Shown: positions 1 to 8,485 of the stretch, in pieces | Layout: every line of letters starts with the position of its first letter | How positions within the stretch are numbered: position 1 is the stretch's first letter | Position numbers and translations under genes: made by a program | Assembly: GCA_965228735.1 (NCBI GenBank) | Contig: OZ245838.1 | Coordinates: forward strand, 896,001 to 960,000 | From: Planctomycetota bacterium | GTDB lineage: Bacteria; Planctomycetota; UBA1135; UBA2386 | Direction: 5' to 3' | DNA length: 64,000 nucleotides | The notes under the pieces: model-generated | What the model saw: the letters and a program-made list of their open reading frames with translations, nothing else | Database searches by the model: none | Told to the model about the DNA's origin: nothing

Positions 1-848
1 ACGAGGTAGTTGCCGTTCGGCAGCAGGTTCACGTCCATCGGCGAACCCGGCAGCCTGGCTTGCCAGACGACCTCGGCTGCATTCGTGACTTCGACCAGGC
101 GCAGACCGGGGTAGTCGCAGATGAGCAGGTTGCCGTTGAACAACGGTTCGATCGCGACGCCGCCGACTCCGTCCAGGCGCTGTTGCTCCTTGCCGTCGGC
201 GTCCAGCCAGAGCACGCACTTGCCGTTCCAGCCGCCCACGACGGTCCTGCCGTCCGGCAGGCGAACGGCGTCGAGCGGTGGTGCCGTGACCTTCGCGCGC
301 CAGTGCACCTTGCCGTCCCAGTCGATCTCCTGGACCTCGCTGTTGGTCAGCGTCGTGATGAGCAGGCGATCGCCGGGGAGCGGCGTCAGCCCCCAGACGT
401 TGGGCCGGGCGACGCGCCGCAGCTCCTTGCCATCGGCGTCGAACTCGACGATGTAGCCGCCGAGATACGACGACACGGTCACGGCGTCGCGGGTGCCGAT
501 CGCCGCGAGCGTCAGCCCGATGGCGTCGTGGTGGCGGTGCGAGCCCGTGCCATGGAGTCGACGCAGGTTGCCGGCGACCGGCGCCGCGTCACGGCCGAAG
601 CGGGCGAGCAGTTGCAGCGCGGTGGGCGCTCCGGCCGAGCTCTTCTGCACTTCGCGGAGGAGCAGCGGCGCGGTCGACGGGCCGGTCTGCCACAGTCGAT
701 GAGCCGCGGCCACGCGGAGGTCCGGGTCACCGAGTTCCGCGCACCAGCCGATCAGGGTCTTGGCGGGCGGGGGCGCCGTGGTCGCGTTCTGGGCGACGGC
801 GGCGCAGGCGAACAGGCACGGGAGTGCGAGGATCCGCATGGTGACCAT
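1..848 (-). CDS. Secreted protein with short helical N-terminal region and beta-propeller repeats (runs off the window edge)
   Basis: Hand translation, not in the ORF track: M(VTM)RILALPCLFACAAVAQ signal peptide, then repeats such as VEFDADGKEL, LPGDRLLI, RLPDGRTVV, LLPNGNYLV. Alternative start at 839. Confidence 0.75.
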   Translation of the reverse strand, partial: MVTMRILALPCLFACAAVAQNATTAPPPAKTLIGWCAELGDPDLRVAAAHRLWQTGPSTAPLLLREVQKSSAGAPTALQLLARFGRDAAPVAGNLRRLHGTGSHRHHDAIGLTLAAIGTRDAVTVSSYLGGYIVEFDADGKELRRVARPNVWGLTPLPGDRLLITTLTNSEVQEIDWDGKVHWRAKVTAPPLDAVRLPDGRTVVGGWNGKCVLWLDADGKEQQRLDGVGGVAIEPLFNGNLLICDYPGLRLVEVTNAAEVVWQARLPGSPMDVNLLPNGNYL

Positions 849-930
849 GATCGCACGAACGGGTCTTCGAGTGTGGCGCGACCCGGCATCCGTGCCGGTG
901 GGCGAACGGGTCGAAACGCCGACCTCGCCA

Positions 931-1578
931 TCACCGCCGCCCGGGCCAGTTCAGGTCCAACAGGGTCGGGCTCGTTCCGGGCTCGATGGCGTCGCTCTTC
1001 AGCAGGCTGATCGCGAGCAGGATGCCCGTTGCGAGGCCGATCATGTGGGCCGCGTGACCGACGTTGGTCGCGCCGGACAGGAGTCCGAGCATGTCGAGGG
1101 TCAACCAGAACGCGATGGCAACCCAGCACGGCACGTCGCGCCCGGACGCGGTGCCGACGACCCCGATGGTGATGTAGTCCTTCGGGTGCAGCACGAGGAA
1201 CATCCCGGCTACCCCGTTGATCGCGGCGCTGGCTCCGCGCGCCTTGCCGCCGTCGAGCATGACGTGCACGACGGCGGGGACGACCGCGAGCACGACGTAG
1301 CAGAGCAGATACTGCGGCGAGCGGGCGCGGGCGCAGACGGCGTTGCCGAAGACCCAGAGGAACAGCATGTTGCCGAAGAGGTGCAGCGGGTCGGCATGCA
1401 GGAAGACATGCGTGAGGATCCCGATTCCCATGCCGTCGAGCAGCAGCCCGTCGTAGTCGCTGTCGTAGAAGCCGCGATCCGACGTCATGAAGAACGCCGC
1501 GACGGTCGCAGTGATGAGCACCCAGTTGCCAATGGGCCGCCGGTCGAGGCCGACGTCGACGGAGAGCGGGACGATCAT
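931..1578 (-). CDS. Rhomboid family intramembrane serine protease
   Basis: FLHADPLHLFGNMLFLWVFG, GASAA (catalytic Ser), HAAHMIG (catalytic His), multiple TM helices. Confidence 0.9.
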   Translation of the reverse strand: MIVPLSVDVGLDRRPIGNWVLITATVAAFFMTSDRGFYDSDYDGLLLDGMGIGILTHVFLHADPLHLFGNMLFLWVFGNAVCARARSPQYLLCYVVLAVVPAVVHVMLDGGKARGASAAINGVAGMFLVLHPKDYITIGVVGTASGRDVPCWVAIAFWLTLDMLGLLSGATNVGHAAHMIGLATGILLAISLLKSDAIEPGTSPTLLDLNWPGRR

Positions 1579-1596
1579 CGCGGGACCGCGGCCGGT

Positions 1597-3708
1597 TCAG
1601 TTCCCGATGACCATCTCGCTGGCGGCCGAGACGGCGATGCCCCCGAGCGCGCCTGCGGGGTCGAGCGCTGCTCCCTGGGAGTAGATTCGCGTGCCGATGA
1701 ATGTCGGGTCCGTTGGGATCGGCAGCGCGAATCGGGCCGCGCCGCCGGGGTCCGAGACGGTGACGTCGACCGCGAGCGGGCCGGCGACCAGCGCGGTGCA
1801 CCCGTTGCCGAGGGCGGTGTTGTCGGGCAGCAGACCGAACGCCACGCTCGTGAGCACGTTTGCCGGCACCGAGGTGAGCCGAACGCCGAACGTCGCGTGA
1901 CCGAGGTAGGGCACGAAGGTCGGGTCGAGGATCGGCACGCCGAGGCTGCCCGGGCATCCAACGCCGTAGGTCGTGGTCGCCGCGAGCGGGTCGTTGACCA
2001 GGCGGCGCAGCGCGCTCGTCTGGATCGGCTGCGCACCGCCCAGCAGGAGCAGGCCGTCGTCGGTCGAGACCAGCGAGGCGCAGAGGCTCTGCGGCACGGG
2101 ATCGGAGGACAGCGTCCACGAACCGTCCCACTCCCACAACTGCGCGGCTCGGAGCGTGTAGTTCCTCAGCTGGGTCTGCGGCACGGCGCCGCCGGTCAGG
2201 ACGACCTTGCCGCGCGTTTCGTCCCACGCCATGGCGAACCCGAGTCGCGAATGCAGCGCGGTCGGCGTCGGGCGGAACGCCCACGTCGTGCCGTTCCAGA
2301 CCCATGTCTTGCCGGTCGTCGAGAACAGCACGACGAGCTGCCGCAGCGGATCGTAGACCATGGCGTTCAGCGACGTCGTCGGCGAGACCGCCGGGTTGCT
2401 CTGTTGCCAGTCCGTGCCGTCGAACAGCCAGGTCTCGGGTGACCCCAACACGCCGCCATCGAACAGCACGACCTGATCGTTCGCGGCATCGAACGCGCAT
2501 TCAAAGCCCGGGCGATGCGGCGGCGGGTTGGTCGTCACGATCTCGACCCACGCCGAGCCGTCGAAGGTCCAGACCCGGATCGGGCCACTGCCCGAGCGCG
2601 TGACGAGCAGGAGGCGCTGGCGAACGGAGTCCCAAAGCAGCGGTCCAAACGCGCCGACCGGAATCGGGGCGAGTCCGGCGAGGCGGGTCCAGCGGGCACC
2701 GTCCCACTCGATGAAGCCGGCTTCGCCCGGTCCGAAGTACGACGATTGGTAGAGCACGACCCGGTCGCGGACGGGGTCGTGAACCACGTTGCGATAGAGC
2801 GGTGCGAACGCGAGGCTGCGCAGCGATGGCGCGGGCTCGCGCTCCGTCCATTGCACGCCATCCCAGTCCCACGTGTCCGTGCGGTCGGGGTAGCCGGGGT
2901 TGTCCGTGCCGCCGTGCAACACCACCGTCTCGGTCGAGGTGTCGTAGGTGAGGCCGAGGTGTTCGCGGTCGGCCGGCGCTGCGGTGGTCGCGGCCAGAAC
3001 GAAACCGGCGCCGGTATCGCGGTAGACCTGGAACGTGTAGCCGTCGCCCCGGAGGCCGATGAGTTCCTGGCGGGCCCGGTCGTAGATGACGCGATCCGCG
3101 CCCACGGGCAGGACCGGCAATGGGGGGCCGACCCAAGACGACCCGGACCACTCGTAGAAGCCGAAGCCCTCGTGCCCGAGCAGCTTCCCGTTGGCGCGGT
3201 CGTAGACGATGTCGTGCACCAGGCCGTTGCCCAGCCCGATCTGCAGCCAGTTCGTGCCGTCCCACTCCCACATGCGGAAGCCGCCGGCCTGGAAGGTGCC
3301 GTGCCGGACGAGGCGCCCGCGGCTGGGGTCGAAGGTCATCGAGCCGCGTGGGGTCGCCAACGCGGGCGTGTTGTCGACGAGCGTCCACTGGGCCCCGTCC
3401 CACGTCCACGTCTCGCCGACCGCCGCAGTGCCGACGCGGCCGCCGAACAACACGACCTGTCGCGAGACCTCGTCGAACGCGAGCTGCGGTTCCTGCCGGT
3501 TCCGCAGCGCGGCGGGCGACTCATGCCGCTGCCACCGATTGCCGTCGTGGGTCCAGGTGTCGTCGAACCCCAGGGCGACGAGTTCGCTGCGGGCCTCGTC
3601 GTAGGCCAGGCCGTTCGTCGTGGATCCGGGGCCGCTCTCGAACCGCCACGAAGACTGGGCAGCAGCGGGGGCGAGCACGAGCGTGACGACGGCGAGTAGG
3701 TAGCGCAC
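1597..3708 (-). CDS. Secreted kelch-like beta-propeller protein with C-terminal GxGC domain
   Basis: Signal peptide; more than 10 repeats of YDxxRxxxVLFGG...TWxWDGxxW; C-terminal YGVGCPG...SQGAALDP...IGN. Confidence 0.85.
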   Translation of the reverse strand: MRYLLAVVTLVLAPAAAQSSWRFESGPGSTTNGLAYDEARSELVALGFDDTWTHDGNRWQRHESPAALRNRQEPQLAFDEVSRQVVLFGGRVGTAAVGETWTWDGAQWTLVDNTPALATPRGSMTFDPSRGRLVRHGTFQAGGFRMWEWDGTNWLQIGLGNGLVHDIVYDRANGKLLGHEGFGFYEWSGSSWVGPPLPVLPVGADRVIYDRARQELIGLRGDGYTFQVYRDTGAGFVLAATTAAPADREHLGLTYDTSTETVVLHGGTDNPGYPDRTDTWDWDGVQWTEREPAPSLRSLAFAPLYRNVVHDPVRDRVVLYQSSYFGPGEAGFIEWDGARWTRLAGLAPIPVGAFGPLLWDSVRQRLLLVTRSGSGPIRVWTFDGSAWVEIVTTNPPPHRPGFECAFDAANDQVVLFDGGVLGSPETWLFDGTDWQQSNPAVSPTTSLNAMVYDPLRQLVVLFSTTGKTWVWNGTTWAFRPTPTALHSRLGFAMAWDETRGKVVLTGGAVPQTQLRNYTLRAAQLWEWDGSWTLSSDPVPQSLCASLVSTDDGLLLLGGAQPIQTSALRRLVNDPLAATTTYGVGCPGSLGVPILDPTFVPYLGHATFGVRLTSVPANVLTSVAFGLLPDNTALGNGCTALVAGPLAVDVTVSDPGGAARFALPIPTDPTFIGTRIYSQGAALDPAGALGGIAVSAASEMVIGN

Positions 3709-3799
3709 CGCGTCATGGGGCCAGATCCGCTCGACGCCGTCAAGGGACCGCGGTCGGCACGCTCCTCGGCGCTTCTCGATCGGCGGATCGTACAGTCGG

Positions 3800-6076
3800 T
3801 CACTTCACGAGCGAGACGCGCAGCCGCTCCGTCGTGTAGGCCGTCGCATTGGCCGCGTCGAAGTGGACGCCCTGGAAGAACAGGTCGCCGGGATCGAGGA
3901 ACTCCGGCAGCGCGAGCGGCCACGACAGATTCGGGCCGAAGCCGATGGGGAGCGTGCCGAGGTAGGTCGGTCCGGTGTTGGGGACGTTGAGCCAGCAGCC
4001 GGGCGCGACCGGCGGGACGCCGACGAGCAGTTGGCTGAACGGCGCGACCGCGACCAGGACGGCGGCCAGCGCGCCGGGCGGGACGTTGAACAGCCGGACG
4101 CGGCAATCGGCGTTGCCGATCAGCGGTTCGCCGGCCCAGCTCAGCGTGCCGGTGCCGCAGCCGAGGCCGCCCGAGCCGGGGGTGGGCGTCGCGACGTGCT
4201 CGTAGCGATCGATCCACACGCGGTAGCCGGGCACGGCCGTGGTCAGGCCGTAGCCCGCCACGAATCCGCGCGACAGCGGCTCGGAGGCGACGGCGCCGGC
4301 GCTCGCGCTCGTGTTCGGCGCGGCGGTGTGCAGCGTCTCGGTGCGCACGAGCATCGCGTTGAAGCCGATGAGCCGCAGGTAGATGTTCTGCGTCGCCGTG
4401 CTGCGCACCGAGAGCAGGCCGAGGCTCGTGAAGCGGTCGCGGTCGAACCCGTCGAGATACAGGCGCGGGTTCGATTCGTTGTAGTGCGCGTCCCCCGGCC
4501 CGAGGTCGAAGTCGGTGCCGTTCCAGCGCACCGGCCACGTGCGGATGCGGTGGCCGTTGACGTCGTCGGGGCGCGCGCCGACATCGCCCGGCCGCGCGCG
4601 CATGCAGGCCAGTAGCACGCCGTCGTCGGTGCCCGCGAGTCGCGCCCCGACCTCGTGTTGCCCATTGGCGAGGCCGAGGGTCAACGGGGTCCCGACCGCT
4701 CCGGAGCGCGACACCCTGAGGAGCTGCACGTCCCAGTCGACGTGCGGACTCACGATCGGTGAGACGCCGATCGTCTGGTAGGCGACGATGCGTTCGTCGA
4801 GCTCGACCAGGCCGTCCGTGATGGTGGGCCGCTCGTGATCCGCCCCCGGCGTCGTCGCGATCGGAAAGACGGCGCCCGCATTGCCGGTCGCGGTCGAGGC
4901 GTCGATCTCGACGCCGTAGATCTTGCTCGTGAGCGATGGGGCGAACGTCGGCAGTTCTTCGAGCTGGAACACGACGAGGAACGGTCGCGGCGACGCGCTC
5001 TGCCGCTCGGACGATACCGCCGGGCGCCAGGCCTGGTGGTTGCCGGTGGACACGCTGCCCCAGGACCCCGACAGGGAGAAGTCGGCGACATCGTGGCGGT
5101 GGAACCGCAGCTTGGCCGTGTTGTTGCTCGTGAAGTGGCGGCTGAACACCCCGAGCGTGCAGCCGTGGCCCTGGTGCGAGCCGATGCTCGGCTCGATCGA
5201 CGACCAGCTCGCGGAGAGGTCGGTGAAGACCTGCGTCTGCGCTGGGCCGTTGTGGCTCGCGCGGTACAGAAACAGGTCCGCGTCGCTCGCCGACGCCCAG
5301 CGCTCGTAGAACGCCCAGACGCCTTGCGCGCCGCTCGTGCAGGTGATGTCCATCGCTCCCGACGGCACGCTGCCCCAGATCGAGAAGAACACCCCGACGA
5401 GTGGATCGACGACGACCGGGTAGGTCGCCGCGTGCAGCCAGTCCGCGTCGAGCGTCAGCGTGATCGTTGCGCCGTCGACCGCCGTGGTCATCGGCTGGCG
5501 ATTGCCGCGCGCGTCGATCGCCGTCGCAGCGCCGTAGCTCAGGACGGCGCGACCGGTCGCATCGCGGAACACCACGGGCGCGTGCGCCGGTTCCCGCGGG
5601 TCGGCCGCAAGGGGCGACTCCACGCGACCGCGGATGACGAGCTCGCCGCCGGTCGGCGGTCGCTGCCGCAGCACGAACGTCTGTTCGACGCCGTCGGGGC
5701 GCACGTCCCAGGCCTCGACGAGTCCGCCGAGCGCGAACTCGGCGCGCTGCGCCGTATGCGAGAGTTGCGGCGGCCTGGTGCACAGCTCCAGCTGTCCGAC
5801 CGTCGCCGAGATCGTCGTCCAGCGCCACGGTTGGTTGGTCGGCGCGTCGCGGCCGAGGTACGGCACCACCGTCGCGCCATCATGGAACGACACCTTGTAG
5901 CCGCGTCCCGCGCCCCAGATGCCGTACTCGACGCCCTGATCCGACGCCTGCGTGTGGAGCGGGACCACGAGGTCGGGCGCCAGCTCGTGCGACCCCCGCG
6001 GAGGCTGCTGCGGCGCGGCGGCGAGCGCGTTGCCGAGGATGAACGCTTGGACGAACGGGTAGCGGACGCGGAGCAT
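3800..6076 (-). CDS. Large secreted protein with C-terminal GxGC domain
   Basis: Start moved to ATG at 6076 (MLRVRYPF..LAAA). N-terminal domain with DGVEQTF and YPVVVDP; C-terminal GGLGCG...FFQGVHFD. Confidence 0.75.
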   Translation of the reverse strand: MLRVRYPFVQAFILGNALAAAPQQPPRGSHELAPDLVVPLHTQASDQGVEYGIWGAGRGYKVSFHDGATVVPYLGRDAPTNQPWRWTTISATVGQLELCTRPPQLSHTAQRAEFALGGLVEAWDVRPDGVEQTFVLRQRPPTGGELVIRGRVESPLAADPREPAHAPVVFRDATGRAVLSYGAATAIDARGNRQPMTTAVDGATITLTLDADWLHAATYPVVVDPLVGVFFSIWGSVPSGAMDITCTSGAQGVWAFYERWASASDADLFLYRASHNGPAQTQVFTDLSASWSSIEPSIGSHQGHGCTLGVFSRHFTSNNTAKLRFHRHDVADFSLSGSWGSVSTGNHQAWRPAVSSERQSASPRPFLVVFQLEELPTFAPSLTSKIYGVEIDASTATGNAGAVFPIATTPGADHERPTITDGLVELDERIVAYQTIGVSPIVSPHVDWDVQLLRVSRSGAVGTPLTLGLANGQHEVGARLAGTDDGVLLACMRARPGDVGARPDDVNGHRIRTWPVRWNGTDFDLGPGDAHYNESNPRLYLDGFDRDRFTSLGLLSVRSTATQNIYLRLIGFNAMLVRTETLHTAAPNTSASAGAVASEPLSRGFVAGYGLTTAVPGYRVWIDRYEHVATPTPGSGGLGCGTGTLSWAGEPLIGNADCRVRLFNVPPGALAAVLVAVAPFSQLLVGVPPVAPGCWLNVPNTGPTYLGTLPIGFGPNLSWPLALPEFLDPGDLFFQGVHFDAANATAYTTERLRVSLVK

Positions 6077-6236
6077 GACGGACCTCGCAATCGTGGACAA
6101 CGAATCGCGGGGCCCAGCGTCATGCTCGCGGCCGACCGGACAGGAAATCCGGCTCCGCGACGAGGTCGGCAGCGGGGGCGCAACGCGGCAGGCCTCGGGC
6201 GAGCGGCCCCGTCGAACCGTCAGTCGGGGTCGACGG

Positions 6237-7433
6237 TCATCGCCGCTGCTCGATCGGCGAGTAGTTGGCCTTCACCCAGTCGGTGAACTCGCCGTCGATC
6301 GACAGCGGAGTGAGGCCGTAGACCGTCTTCAGCGCATCGCGAGTCGCGGCCTTCTTCTTGAGCAGCCGCACGAAGTCGCGCAGCTTGCCGCCGCCGTGCA
6401 CTGTCAGCAGGAAGTCGATGTAGGCGAACGCCACCGCGTGCTCTTCGAAGCTCAGTTGGTCGGTGTTCTTCTGCGAGAGCTCGGCGAACGAGACGGCCTT
6501 CCGCGCGTCGACGAGTTTGCGCACGGGCGTCCGCCAGCGGCCGCCCTTGAACGTCGTGCCGGGCGTGAGCAGCAGTTCGTCGTAGCAAAAATTGGCGCAG
6601 CGGCCGACGACCTTGTCCTCGAACCAGTGGGCCACGCCCGCGTCCACCCAGCCGTGCTTCCGATTGCCGAGCCAGATGGAGTCGGTCATGTTGCTCAGCA
6701 GCAGGTGCGTCACGTTGTGCACGATCTGGCCGTGGAGCGCGTCGTCGTCGGGGGCGTCGCGCTTGTCCTGGAAGAGGCAGAGCACGCACGGCACACCCAT
6801 GAGCTTGACCCGGTTGCCCGAGCCGCCGATGCCGGTGACCTGGGGGCAGACTCGCTGGTGGGCTTTCCGGTCGGCGAACATGAACACCTGCAGCGTGCCC
6901 GGCAGATCGCGGTCCTCGAGCTCCAACGTCGTGCGGAACAGTTCGCGCAGGTCCTCGATGCGCTGGCCGTAGAGGTGCATCAGCGCGTGGGTCGAGAGCT
7001 TCTTGCGACCGACGGTCAGCGGTTCGATCGAGAACGCGAGCTCGCAGTGCGGCGTGCGGAGGTGCAGCACGTCCTGCTTGCTCTCGGCCACGTCGTCGAC
7101 GTTCTTCGTGCGGCCGGCACGCCACTCCTGCACGAGCCGCAGGCGTTCTGCGAGCCGACCCTCGGCAGTCTCGTTCTGACATCGGCGGCAGTCGATCGTC
7201 AGCGCACCGCGGCAGGTCTTGCAGTCGACGACGAAGCTGCAGAACCGAACGATGGCGCTCGTCTCGAGTTCCCGGTCACCGCCCTTGTGCTTCTTGCAGT
7301 CGCGGACGCCCTGGTTGGCGCAGCTGCGGCAGGTCTGCGCCGCGGCTGCCGTGGCCAGAGTTACCGTGGCCAGGCCGAGGGCGACGCTCACCACGAGCAG
7401 GCGGGCGATCGAACGGAAGTCGGGTCGTGGCAT
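6237..7433 (-). CDS. Exported Cys-rich protein with degenerate gluzincin (peptidase MA-like) motif
   Basis: Signal peptide; CRSC, CKTC, CRRC; HNVTH...WVDAGVAHWFE. Confidence 0.75.
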   Translation of the reverse strand: MPRPDFRSIARLLVVSVALGLATVTLATAAAAQTCRSCANQGVRDCKKHKGGDRELETSAIVRFCSFVVDCKTCRGALTIDCRRCQNETAEGRLAERLRLVQEWRAGRTKNVDDVAESKQDVLHLRTPHCELAFSIEPLTVGRKKLSTHALMHLYGQRIEDLRELFRTTLELEDRDLPGTLQVFMFADRKAHQRVCPQVTGIGGSGNRVKLMGVPCVLCLFQDKRDAPDDDALHGQIVHNVTHLLLSNMTDSIWLGNRKHGWVDAGVAHWFEDKVVGRCANFCYDELLLTPGTTFKGGRWRTPVRKLVDARKAVSFAELSQKNTDQLSFEEHAVAFAYIDFLLTVHGGGKLRDFVRLLKKKAATRDALKTVYGLTPLSIDGEFTDWVKANYSPIEQRR

Positions 7434-7636
7434 CGGCGGCCCACGATACGGCCAGCGCTCTGCAGAGTCGCACCGCCAGCGAGCAGCAGCGTGCGAGAGA
7501 GCACGTCATCGTGTTCGACTTCAGTTCCTCCTCGGATGGTCCCGAAGGAGGGCCGCGTCGCGCGCAACAGCGGATGGCGCACGGCGAACCGGAACGCGGC
7601 GCGAGCGCAAGTCAGCGCCGGCTCGTTCGATGCCGG

Positions 7637-8158
7637 CTACGGCCGCGGTGGGCGGTCGGCGTTCGGCTCGCCGGAGCCGTTCGGCTCGCTGGGGGCGCTC
7701 GCCGGTCTCGAACCGCTCGCCGGCCTGCTGTCCGGTCTGGGGCTGTCCGGTCTGGGGCTATCCGGTCTGGGGCTGTCCGGTCTCGGGCTTGCCGATCTGG
7801 GGCTGCTGGCCGATCTGGGGCTGCTCGCCGGTCTGGGATTGCTGGCCGGTCTACTGCTGGCCGGTCTGGGGCCGCGCTGGTCTTTCGCTGGCTCGTCCAC
7901 GGCCTGGGCGGCGGCGCGTTCGCGGCGTTCGCGGCGCTCGGCGTCGGTCGGGAATTCCTGGAAGGCCTCGGGCTGCAGGGTCGCCGGGTCGATCGTCTCC
8001 GGCATGCCTTCGGTCGGATCGGGGATGTCCCCGTCCTTCACTGCTTTCTTGTAGGCGTTGCGCTCGCGGCGCGCGGCCGCCTTGGCCTGCTTCTTGAGTT
8101 GCTTGTCGCGTTCACGACGACGCTTCTCGAACGTTTGCGGGGTGCTGTTCCGTGCGAT
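7637..8158 (-). CDS. Small basic protein with Pro/Ser/Arg tandem-repeat tail (probable ATC start)
   Basis: Frame reads IARNSTPQTFEKRRRERDKQLKKQAK... GGAG lies 7 nt before ATC at 8158. The ORF track starts at internal GTG 8041. Confidence 0.65.
   Translation of the reverse strand: MARNSTPQTFEKRRRERDKQLKKQAKAAARRERNAYKKAVKDGDIPDPTEGMPETIDPATLQPEAFQEFPTDAERRERRERAAAQAVDEPAKDQRGPRPASSRPASNPRPASSPRSASSPRSASPRPDSPRPDSPRPDSPRPDSRPASGSRPASAPSEPNGSGEPNADRPPRP
7731..7874. repeat. Coding minisatellite, about 9 units of 15 or 18 bp
   Basis: tccggtctggggctg and gccgatctggggctgctg variants, encoding RPDSP / RPASSP on the minus strand. Confidence 0.9.
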
Positions 8159-8301
8159 GGTACTGCTCCAAAGATGGTTACGGAGTCGGGCCGGGCGCTG
8201 GCCGGCGAGTCGGCTCCCGAAGTTGCTGTCCCGGCTCGAGACGCTTCGAACGGACAGCTCGGATTCATCGAGTTAAGGCTCATCGAGCCCGGGGGGCGAG
8301 A

Positions 8302-8307
8302 AGTATA
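8302..8307 (-). promoter_or_regulatory. Putative -10 box (TATACT) for the 7637..8158 gene
   Basis: Near-consensus hexamer in the divergent intergenic region; no clear -35. Confidence 0.4.
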
Positions 8308-8485
8308 GCCCAAATCCGAGGCAATTGCTCGTGCTCGAGCGGAAGCGCTCGCTCATTCCGAGCCGAACCGGCCGCGAAACTGGCCTTTCGGCCACCTTGG
8401 ACTACCCTTCCGCAAGCGCGCTACGGCCCGGCGGTTGGTCCGAGTTGGTTACGGGGCGGTTCTCGTGCGCTAACGCACTCGCTGC

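Noticed and set aside
7731..7874. Possible CRISPR array
   Set aside because: Units are adjacent with no unique spacers, lengths are multiples of 3 inside an ORF, and there are no cas genes.
8038..8313. 91-aa ORF as the true gene, or a frameshift joining it to 7637..8041
   Set aside because: Featureless sequence; the alternative frame with SD plus ATC explains the region without a frameshift.
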